From the NCBI RefSeq assembly GCF_009914755.1, contig NC_060931.1: 64,000 nucleotides of DNA; one strand, written 5' to 3'. The translations under genes and the position numbers were made by a program. Under the pieces are notes generated by a model. It made no database searches and was not told the origin of the DNA. It saw only the letters and a list, made by a program, of their open reading frames with translations. Below are positions 52,763 through 64,000 of this stretch, in pieces. Within the stretch, counting starts at the first letter, position 1. The number at the start of each line of letters is the position of its first letter. This stretch comes from the human T2T-CHM13v2.0 reference genome, Homo sapiens.

Positions 52763-53198
52763 AAGATCTTTAGTTCAAGCTCCATCTCCCTGCGTGATGT
52801 TACCTAGATTTCCGTGGAGAGTCTCCTGATTGCCAACGTCCTTCTTTGACTATGTGAGTAGCTATACTAAGACGGTTGTCTATTCTCACTGTCTCTTTAA
52901 GATGACTTTGCAGTATTTCCACTCTGATCTATTATGTATCTGTATTAAAGTTTAACACTCAGAAGGCATCGTTACTTCCCTCATTTCTAAGTTCTTAAAG
53001 AATGACTCACTTTCAGACCCCAAGGACTGACAAAAGCAATGAAAGTGGTTTGGTTTCCGCCTGTGTCACAGAATCTCTTCTCATAACTTCAGCGTCTAAT
53101 GTTACGTTTAGTAACTGGTAAGACTTTAAATTCTGGGCCACAGGGAACTTTTTCAGGAAGGTCATACATAGTCCTCTCTGCTGGGAAAATAAGCCACT

Positions 53199-53485
53199 GG
53201 CTGGGTGCAGCAGCTCACTCCTGTAATCCCAGCTCTTTGGGAGGCTGAGGTTGGAGAATCGTTTGAGCCCGAGTTCAAGACCAGCCTGGGCGACACAGTG
53301 AGACCCCATCTCTACAAAAAATAAAAGAATAGCTGGGCATGGTGTCGCATGCCTGTAGTCTCAGCTACTTGGGAGGCTGAGGTGGGAGGATTGCTTGAAG
53401 CCAGGAGTTCGAGGGTGCAGTGAGTCATGATGGCACCACTGCACTCCAGCCTGGGTGATAGAAGGAAACATTGTCTCAAAAAAAA
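53199..53485 (+). mobile_element. AluJ-like
   Basis: Full dimer. Confidence 0.93.
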
Positions 53486-53518
53486 GAAAAGAAAAGAGGG
53501 AAGAAAGAAAGAAAGAAA

Positions 53519-53550
<32 letters not shown>

Positions 53551-53653
53551 GGGAAGGAAGGAAGGAGAAAGAAATAAAGAAAGAAAGAAAGAAAGAGAGG
53601 GAGGGAGGGAGGGAGGGAGGAAGGAAGGAAGGAAGGAAGGAAAAAAGAAAAGA
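53486..53653 (+). repeat. GA-rich Alu tail (GAAA/GGGA/GGAA)
   Basis: Directly visible. Confidence 0.9.
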
Positions 53654-54210
53654 CCCTGCAATATTTCTAGAACAAGGCTTTACAGCAGGATCTCTATGGA
53701 ATTCCAAGGCTGGCTAGGCATAATTGTGCCTCTGTTGGTAGGGGCCAGTGAACAGCTTAATTCATATTTGAATCTTATAGGGAAATCATTGGCATTGTAA
53801 CATAACAATTTTCCTAACCATTGTCACTTCCTATAGTTCAAGCCCTCTCTCTTCTCCCTAGCAGGCCAGATTAATCATACTGTATTTGGACAGCTGACGA
53901 GTAAGCCCACGTATAAAAAGGGTTTTGCTGGCACCAAAGACAGGTTCCGAACACATTACTGATGAGATCGTCAATTTCTCTGGCACTGGCATGATGAAAA
54001 CAACTTGCTATTGACATACAAGTCACCATATGCAAAAATATATCATTCCAAGAGGCAATTTGCATGGGTAGCTGCAGTGCTTAAAAACACGGGAGAGGAA
54101 AAGGAATCTATTGGCTCCCTTCTTCCTCTGAGCCAGCCTATGACTGTCCCCAAACAAACAATCCCTCCACCACCTGCCTGTCCAGGCCAGAAATGTCAGA
54201 AAGGAATTGA

Positions 54211-54793
<583 letters not shown>

Positions 54794-55105
54794 AGATGGT
54801 TGAACTAGTAGGTTTCTAAAGCTCCTACCAATTCTCATATTCTATTTTATTTGGTGCTTTATTAAAATTACATAGCTCTTCAGGCACATAGGGATTCATT
54901 CTCTTCATAATAGAAAAAGGTAAGGAAGCAATAGCTCATTTGGCAAACATTTATGAGTCTCTTCCACATATAAGGCACAATGCATTCTAGGGCGTTCACG
55001 GTTACATCAATGTGGACATGCTATTTTCATTCTACGATTTTGTCTTGGTGACAATTTGATGAAGATGGAACAAGAAGTCATTAAAATTACAAGATTTTTA
55101 TTTGA

Positions 55106-55471
<366 letters not shown>

Positions 55472-55649
55472 TAGCAAGTATCTCAACTCTATCCCATCCC
55501 TATGGATCTCACAAGCTTCCCAGAGCTGTCTCCAGACTCAGGAATCGGATGGGGCAGGGAGGGAAAGAGGAGCTGAGTGAGTCAGGAATGGGCAAAACAG
55601 AGGAGAGTGTGGTGGTAAGGGGTGGATGGGGTCAGAGCCTTACTTCACT

Positions 55650-55806
55650 ATGGGATCTGAGTTCAAGTGCAGCCTTTGCCATTTACCAATCTTGTATCAT
55701 TGACCCTGTTTCCTTTATATAAAATAGGGTTAAGAATATACCTTCCTCACAGGCCCATTGAGAGATCAGGAGGAATGAATCTAATACATATCAAGTGCTT
55801 AGCACA
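55650..55806 (+). mobile_element. MIR, resumes after the MST LTR at ~56535-56580
   Basis: CTGAGTTCAAG..CTTTGCCATTTACC..CCTGTTTCCTT..AAGTGCTTAGCACA | GCACAGTGCTT. Confidence 0.65.
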
Positions 55807-56534
55807 TGTCTGAATCATTTTGCATTGCTATAAGAGAACACCTGACCTTGGGTAATTTATAAAGAAAAGAGGTTTAAGCTGGGTGTAGTGTCTCGCTCCC
55901 GTGATCCCAGCACTTCGGGAGGCCAAGGTGGGAGGATTGTATGAGGTTAGGAGTTTGAGAACAGCCTGGGCAACATGGCAAATCCCCGTCTCTACAAAAA
56001 ACACAAAAATTAGTTGGGTGTGGTGGTGCACACCTGTAATCCCAGCTACTCGTGAGGCTGAGATGGGAGGATCAATTGGGCCTAGGAGGTTGACGCTGCA
56101 GTGAGCCGTAATCATACCACTGCCCTCCAGCTTGGGTGACAGAGTGAGACCATGTCTCAAACAAAAAAGAAAAAGAAAAGGGGTTTATTTAGCTCACAGG
56201 TCTGCAGGCTGTCTGTACAAGAAGTATGGCACCAGCATTGGCTTCTAGTGAGGGCTTTGGGAGGCTCTTACTCATGGCAGAAAGGGAAGGGAAACAGGTA
56301 TCACAAAGCAAGAGAGAAAGAAAGAGAGAGGGAGGGGTGCCACGCTCTTTTCAATAATCGCCTCTCGTGAGAACTAATAGAGCTAGAGCTCAGTCATGAC
56401 CCAGAGGAGGCCACCAAGCCTTCCTCAAAGGACCCGCCCCATGACCCAAACATCTCCCACCAGGCCACACCTCTAACACTGGAGATCAAATTTCAACATG
56501 AGATTTGGAGGGGCCAAACATCCCAAAGGTATCA
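55807..56534 (-). mobile_element. MaLR solo LTR (MSTB-like) interrupted by an AluJ
   Basis: GCATTGCTATAAGAGAACACCTGACCTTGGGTAATTT..TTTCAACATGAGATTTGGAGGGG; 5-bp TSD GCACA. Confidence 0.88.
55877..56180 (+). mobile_element. AluJ-like in MST LTR
   Basis: TSD AAAGAAAAG(A/G)GGTTTA. Confidence 0.93.
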
Positions 56535-56585
56535 GCACAGTGCTTCGAACAGAATAAGTGCTCAGTTAAAATAAAGCTATTGTGA

Positions 56586-57040
56586 GCAAAGACATGGAAT
56601 CAACCCAAATACCCATCAGTGATAAACTGGATAAAGAAAATGTGGTACATGTATACCATGGAATACTATACAGCCATAAAAAGGAATCACATCATGTCCT
56701 TTGCAGGGATGTGGATGAAACTGGAAGCCATTATCTTCAGCAAACTAACGCAGGAACAGAAAGCCAAATACCGCATGTTCTCACTTATAGGAGGGAGCTG
56801 AACAATGACAGCACACAGGGAGGGGAACAACACAGTGGGGCCTGTTGAGGGTAGGGTTGGGGGAGGGAGAGCATCAGGACAAATAGCTAATGCATGCTGG
56901 ACTTAATACCTAGGTGATGGGTTGATAGGTGCAGCAAACCACCATGGTACACGTTTACCTGTGTAACAAACCTGCACATCCTGTACCTGTACCTGTACCC
57001 CAGAACTTAAAATAAAAATAAAAGTAAATAAATAAATAAT
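56586..57040 (+). mobile_element. L1PA-type 5'-truncated 3' end
   Basis: ORF WIKKMWYMYTMEYYTAIK..WMKLEAIIFSKL; 3' UTR; TSD AATAAAGCTATT. Confidence 0.92.
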
Positions 57041-57248
57041 AATAAAGCTATTTTGATCACCAGAGAAGGGCGAGATTTAGAAATTTGACCATCATCAACA
57101 ATGTCTCTGTTCAGTTCCTAGGGGATTCAATAAAAGTCATAGGTATCACTATATCTGTGTCAAATCAGCCATGTCAAATGCTCCTCCTTCTTTACATAAA
57201 ATATCATCTCTGGTCTCGCAAAGCTGAAGATAGAAAATGTGCATGACT

Positions 57249-57572
57249 GGCCGGGCGCGGTGGCTCACACCTGTAATCCCAGCACTTTGGGAGGCCGAGG
57301 TGGGTGGATCATGAGATCAGGAGATCGAGACCATCCTGGCCAACATGGTGAAACCCTGCCTCTACTAAAAATACAAGAAGTAACCGGGCATGGTGGCATA
57401 TGTCTGTAATCCCAGCTACTTGGGAGGCTGAGGCAGGAGAATCGCTTGAACCTGGAACTTGGAAGTGGGCCAAGGTCACGCTACTACATTCCAGCCTGGG
57501 TGACAGAGTGAGACTCGGTCTCAAAAATAAATAAATAAATAAGTAAATAAATAAATAAATAAATAGGTAAAT
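57249..57572 (+). mobile_element. Alu (AluSc-like), (TAAA)n tail
   Basis: Full dimer. Confidence 0.94.
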
Positions 57573-58135
57573 AATCTAGCCTTGAACTCTCTACAGGTAT
57601 ACCTAGGAAATATTGCAGGTTCAGTTCCAGACCACTGCAATAAAACAATTATTGCTACAAAGTGAGTCACACAATTTTTTTTAGCTTCTCAGTACATAAA
57701 AATTAGGTTTACACTCTATTGTAGTCTATTAAGTGTGCAATAGCACTATGTCTAAAAAATTTACATACCTTAATTAAAAAGTACTTGATTGCTAAAAAAT
57801 GCTAACGATCATCTGAGCCTTCTGTGAGTTGTAATCTTGTTGCTGGTGGGGTCTTGCCTTGATGTTGATGGCTGCTGACTGATCAGGGTGGTGGTTGCTG
57901 ACGGCTGGGGTAGCTGTGGCGATTTCTTCAATAAGACAATAGTGAGATTTGCCATATCAGTTGACTCTTCCTTTCACAAAAAAATTTCTCTATACCATGC
58001 AGTGCTGTTTCATAGCACTTTACCCACAGTAGAACTTTTTTCAAAATTTGGAGTCAATATTCTCAAGCCCTGTTCCTGCTTTACCAGCTAAGTTTATAGG
58101 TTTATGCAGTATTCTAAATCCTCTGTTGTCATTTC

Positions 58136-58441
58136 CTTTTTTTTTTTTTAATTTTTTATTGAGACGGAGTCTCACTCTGTCACCCAGGCCTGAGTGCAGT
58201 GGTGCGATCTCGGCTCACTGCACCCTCCTTCCCCGGGTTAAAGTGATTCACTTGCCCCAGCCTCCCAAATAGCTGGCATTACAGGCGCATGCCACCACAC
58301 CCAGCTAATTTTTGTATTTTTAGTAGAGTCAGGGTTTCACCATGTTGGCCAGGCTGGTCGCGAACTCCTGACCTCAAGTGATCCCCTCACCTCGGACTCC
58401 CAAAGTGCTGGGATAACAGGTGTGAGCCACTGCACCTGGCT
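58136..58441 (-). mobile_element. Alu in Tigger1
   Basis: TSD CT(C/T)TGTTG(T/C)CATTTC. Confidence 0.95.
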
Positions 58442-58459
58442 GCTTTGTTGCCATTTCAA

Positions 58460-59860
58460 CAGTATTCACAGCATCTTCATCAGGAGTGAATTCCATCTTA
58501 AGAGACCCCTTTCTCTGCTTATCCATAAGAAGCAACTCCTCATCTGTTCAAGTTTGATCATGAGATTGTAGCAATTTAGTCCCATCTGCAGGCTCCATTT
58601 TAATTCTATTTCTCTTGCTATTTCCACCACATCTGCAGTTCCTTCCACTGAAGCCTTGAAACCCTCCAGGTCATCCACAAGGGTTGGAATCCATTTCTTC
58701 CACACTCCTGTTCATGCTGATATTTTGACCTACTCCCATGAATCACAAATGTTCTTAATGGCATCTAGATGGTGAATCCTTTCCAAAAGGTTTTCAATTG
58801 ACTTTGCCCAGATCCACCAGAGGAATCACGATCTATGGCAGCTATAGCCTTATGAAAAGCATTTCTTAAATAATAAGACTTGAAAGTTGATATTACTCTT
58901 TGATTCATGGTTAGCAAAATGGATGTTATGTTAGAAGGCATGAAAAGAACATTCATTTCCTTGTACATCTCCATCGGAGCTCTTGGGTGACCAGGTGCAT
59001 TGTCAATGAGCAGGAATATTTGAGAAAAACAAACCTTTTTTTTCTAAGCTGTGGATCCTAACAGTGGGCTTAAAATATTCAACAAACTGTCTTGTAAACA
59101 GATGTGCCATCAGCTTTGCTGTTCCATTTATAGAGCACAGGCAGAGTAGATTTAGCATGATTTTTAAGGGCCCTAGAATTTTTGGAATGATAAATGAGCA
59201 TCGCTTTCAACTTAGTGACAAGCTGCATCAGCCTCTCACAAGACAGTCAACCTGTCCTTTGAAGCTTTGAAGCCAGGCATTGACTTCTCTCTAGCTAGGA
59301 AAGTTCTAGATGGCATCTTCTGACATGAGACTCTTTTGTCTATATTGAAAATATATTGTTGAGTGTAGCCACTTTCATCAATGATCTTAGCTATGTCTGG
59401 ATAACTTGCTGCTTAAATGTCACACTTTTATGTTATGGAGACAGTTTCTTTCCTTAAGCCTCATGAACCAACCTCTGCTAGCTTCCAACTTTTCTTCTGC
59501 AGCTTCTTCACATCTCTCAGCCTTCACAGCATTGAAGAGAGTTAGGCCCTTGCTCTGGATTAGGCTTTGGCTTAAGAACATATTATGACTGCTTAAATCT
59601 CCTATTCAGTCCACTAAAACTTCCTCCATGTCAGCAACAAAGCTGTTTCATTTTCTTATCACATGTGTGTTCACTGGAGTAGCACATTTAATTTCTTTCA
59701 AGAACTTTTCCTTCGCGTTCAGAACTTGGCTGTTTGGCACAAGAGGCCTAGATTTCAGCCTAAATCAGCTTTCAACATGCCTTCCTCACTAAGCTTCATC
59801 ATTTCTAGCTTTTGATTTAAAGAGAGAGACGTGTGACATGTCTTTTCACTTGAACACTTA
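58460..59860 (-). pseudogene. Decayed Tigger1 (pogo-family) transposase
   Basis: Fragments SLNQKLEMMKLSEEGM; [38 protein letters not shown]; WKKWIPTLVDDLEGFK; broken by stops and frameshifts. Confidence 0.85.
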
Positions 59861-60355
59861 GCAGCTTGGATGAATTGGCTATTAACTGGCCTAATTTCAA
59901 TACTGTTTTGTCTCAGGGGATAGGAAGGCCCATAGAGAGGGAGAGAGGCCGGGAAGCAGTCGGTCAGTGGAGAACTCGGAACACATACAACATTGATCAA
60001 TTAAGTTCACCGTTTTACATAAGTTACCATTTCACACAGTTTGTATTGCCCCCCAAACAACTATGATGGTAACACCAAAGATAACGTGTCATAGATCATC
60101 ATAACAGAGATAATAATAATGAAAAAGCTTGAAATATTGCCAGGATTACTGCAATGTGACACAGAGACATGAAATGAGCATATGCTGGTTGGAAAATAGC
60201 GCTGGTAGACTTGCTTCATGCAGGGTTGCGACAAACTTTCTTTTTATTCTATTTTATTTTAGGTTCTGGGATACATGTGCAGGATGTGCCGGTTTGTTTC
60301 ATAGGTAAATGTGTACCATGGTGGTTTGCTGTACCTAACAACCCATCACCTAGGT

Positions 60356-60675
<320 letters not shown>

Positions 60676-60939
60676 ACCTAGGTATTAAGCCCAGCATGCA
60701 TTAACTATTTTTCCTAATGCTTTCCCTCCCCCTACTCCACCCCCCAACAGGCCCCAGTGTGTGTTGTTCCCCTCCCTGTGTCCATGTGATCTCATTGTTC
60801 AGCTCCCACTTATAAGTGAGAACATGTGGTGTTTGGTTTTCTGTTCCTGCATTAGTTTGCTGAGGATAATGGCTTCCAGCTCCATCCATGTCCCTGCAAA
60901 CCTAATTTATCACATAAACAGAACCAAAGATAAAACCTC

Positions 60940-61542
60940 ATGATTATCTCAATAGACTCAGAAAAGGCCTTTGATAAAATTCAGCATGGCTTCCTGTTAA
61001 AAACTCTCTATAAAGTAGATATCGATGGAACATACCTAAAAATATTAACAGCCATTTGTGACAAACCCACAACCAGTATCATACTGAATGGGCAAAAGCT
61101 GGAAGCTATCTCCTTGAAAACCGGCACAAGACAAGGATGCCCTCTCTTACCACTCCTTTTCAACATAGTATTGGAAGTTCTGGCCAGGGCAATCAGGCAA
61201 GAGAAAGAAATAACGTGTATTCAAATAGGAAGAGAGGAAGTCAAACTGTCTCTGTTTGCAGATGACACGATCTTATATCTAGAAAACCCCATTGTCTCAG
61301 CCCAAAAGCATCTTAAGCTGATAAGCAACTTCCACAAAGTCTCAAGACACAAAATCAATGTGCAAAAATCACAGGCATTCTTATACACCAATTTCAACAG
61401 ACAAACAGAGAGTCAAATCATGAGTGAACTCCCATTCGCAATTGCTACAAACAGAATAAAATACTTAGGAATACAGCTAACAAGGGAAGTGAAGGACCTC
61501 TTCATGGAGAATTACAAACCACTGCTCAAGGAAATCAGCAAG
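60940..61542 (+). pseudogene. L1 ORF2 reverse-transcriptase fragment (non-functional)
   Basis: [48 protein letters not shown]. Confidence 0.9.
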
Positions 61543-61775
61543 GTGACAAACTTTCAATTTGTAAAAACTGCAATCTCTGCAAAGTGCAATAAAGTGACAT
61601 GCAATGAAACAAGATGTGCCTGTGTTCAAACATAATTCCAGCAATCCCTCTTGAGCCCCCTGCTGCAGCCCAGCTGATCTGGTCAGAGCACACCATCCTA
61701 AAACTCACCTGATGCACAAGACCCTTCCTCTCTCTTTTTAGTAGCACAGTTCCTCCTGCCTGGAGGCTCTTGCTT

Positions 61776-61862
61776 CTCTTCTCTTCTCTTCTCTTCTCTT
61801 CTCTTCTCTTCTCTTTGCTTATCTTCACTTCACTTCTCTTCTCTTCTCTTTTCTTCTCTTCT
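61776..61862 (+). repeat. (CTCTT)n pentanucleotide tract
   Basis: Directly visible. Confidence 0.9.
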
Positions 61863-62063
61863 TTCAGGAATATGTTCATCTCCAGCTTCCTTCATAGAGC
61901 CAGTCCTGACCACTCTGCCCTACAAAACCCCTCCTTTCCCTCAAAAGAGTGTTGTCCACCTGCTGATCTTGGTTGGCATGAACATGCTTCCCTCTCGATG
62001 CTGGGTGACATTTCACAAGTTTATGGAACTTCAACATTAATTTATTATTGTTATTATTATTGA

Positions 62064-62535
62064 GGCTAGGCGCGGTGCCTCATGCTTGTAATCCCAGTGC
62101 TTTGGGAGCCCTGGAGGGGAGAAGTATTTAAGGCCAGGAATTAGAGACCAGGCTGGGCAACATAGCGAGACCCCATCACTACAAAAAATTTTAAAAAGTA
62201 GCTGGGCATGGTGGTGCACTCCTATAGTCCCAGATGGGATTTATGAGGCAAGCAGGTGGGTGGCCAGAAGACCTCTAGGAGGCACCCTCCAGAGAGGGAA
62301 GGAGATGGAAAGTGAGGCAAGCAGTTCCATCCATTTCATAGATTGACCTGAACTTAAACAATCTGATGTCATCCCCATGTAAGGGTGGGAGCAGACAGGA
62401 CAGGTGTCCTGTTTGGGAGGCTAAGGTGGGAGGATTACCAGACCCCAGGAGTTTGAGGCTGCAGTGACCCATGATTGCACCACTGCACTCCAGCCCAGCA
62501 ATAGAGCAAGATCCTATCTCAAAAAAAAAAAAAAA
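62064..62535 (+). mobile_element. AluJ-like carrying a non-Alu insert at 62234-62411
   Basis: Alu breaks after TAGTCCCAG and resumes at TTTGGGAGGCT; TSD ATTATTGA. Confidence 0.9.
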
Positions 62536-63854
62536 TTATTGACATCTCCTAAGGGCAAGATACCCTGCAGAGACGTGAAGGCATAATCGCACCCTTCAAG
62601 GCATTCGTAATCTGGCAAGGAAGATAGGTTCACAACCCCAAACTCAGAAGATAGCTGAATACAAGAACTGTTCCTTAGTTGTATGAGTAATGTGTGAATG
62701 GGTAAAAGATAAGAAATTCTGACACCTACTTCTCCTGTCAGGCTGAATACTCCTACTAATGAAGCAGGTAGGGCACTGGACACAAACCCACAATGTATTC
62801 AGAAAGCCACTGTAGAATTATTCCTGAGGTTTATCCTATTAGTACAGCGATTTCTTTTTGCTTTTCTTTAGAAATTGTCCACTTGGAAGGCACACGTATG
62901 TCTTCCTAAGGGGGCGCAGTAGAGGATAGTTCCATTGATAGGAAGAGAGGAGGCTCAAAAAGATGGAACATGGCACCTGGAAATGGGTGGCCAGAAGAGC
63001 TCTAGGAGGCTCCACCCAGAGAGGGAAGGAGATGGGATGTGAGGCAAGCAGTTCCATCCTTTTCGTAGGCTGACCTGAGCTTGAACAAGCTGGTGTCATC
63101 CCCAAGTAAGGGTGGAAGTAGACAGGGCAGGTGTCCAAGGTTTCTAGCAAGCTTGACAGTGAAACTGATGCCAAATGTCAGGGCAGAAAAAGCTGCTATC
63201 TGGGGTCAGACAGGCTTGAAAGTCAAGGCAGTAGGGTCTTAAATGGGATGGCTGTGGATGGTCAGGACGGGTGCACAGAGAGGAACCCATTCACCTGCAG
63301 GCAGAGGCTGCCCTCTTCCTGCCTGGGGAAGTTCTCTGCACTTATGAAGACATGCTTCTGAAGCCAGAAGACAATCTCAGTTGGGCCTGAGACCCCAGTA
63401 AAATGGTTCCCACCAAAGTCCTGACAATGCTGCCCTGTCCTTTCATGGACACCAAATGACTCCCAACTTTAAAGGGACAAAATATGCCTGGAATACTCAG
63501 ACGCCTTCAGTCCCTGGCATGCAGTGGTCAGAGCTGGTTAATTCATTGCCGTTGTTTAGTACATCATCAGCTGCAGGTCTTCCAGAGTGTCTTCAAAAAT
63601 CAGTTTCTATCTGAACCTGGCATTTGAGCCCAGTCATCCCTAGACAATATGGTAAACTGAGAGAAGTTGAAGAAGTTGGTTGCAATGACCCTCAGGACCA
63701 CTTTCCCGTCACTTGATCACTTTCCTGTGGATTCAGGATTCCCACCCCCACCTACATACATGGAGATGTCCCTTTTATGTCTCTGCTAACCACTTACCTA
63801 TAATAAGCTAGAAATAAACCCTGTCAACCTTTTCAGGAATGAGGAGAGGGAGTA

Positions 63855-64000
63855 CAGCATTGCAGTTAAGTGAACTAACCATGGCATCAGACCACCTGCC
63901 TTGAATCTAGCTTCTGTTACTTATTTGCTGTGTGACTTTGGACAAGTTGCTTCACTTCTCTGTGCATGTTTCTATCAATAAAATAATAATGACAATAACA
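63855..64000 (+). mobile_element. MIR
   Basis: GCTGTGTGACTTTGGACAAGTTGCTTCACTTCTCTGTGCATGTTTC. Confidence 0.8.

Noticed and set aside
60940-61635. 231-aa ORF as a functional RT or L1-Tigger fusion gene
   Set aside because: Isolated inverted L1 fragment lacking EN, RT N-terminus and promoter; the last ~30 aa are read-through into the Tigger1 end

Overview
Non-coding, repeat-dense simian primate (most likely human) genomic DNA. I find no credible host protein-coding exon, RNA gene, CpG island or CRISPR array, and I cannot name the locus. About 60 Alu elements (roughly 25-30% of the window, about 2:1 on the + strand) sit among old L1M/L1PB/L1PA fragments, L2 and MIR relics, solo LTRs (MST, MLT1D, MLT2A1, LTR8, LTR45-like, MER41A, MER51-like) and DNA transposons (near full-length Tigger1, Tigger3, MER1A, MER47, MER5, MER58A, MER81). 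Nearly all ORFs in the track are Alu or low-complexity artefacts; the only real protein relics are an L1 ORF2 RT fragment and a decayed Tigger1 transposase. The most notable observations are: a ~150-bp locally templated insertion inside an AluJ; an MLT2A1 LTR carrying a perfect DUX4 motif; a 17-bp minisatellite born inside an MLT1D; a 5'-inverted L1 nested in Tigger1; a (GGAA)15 microsatellite; a tandemly duplicated AluJ; and small dispersed duplications. I see no evidence of a new multi-gene system. Repeat family names come from recalled consensus sequences, not a database search, and boundaries are approximate.
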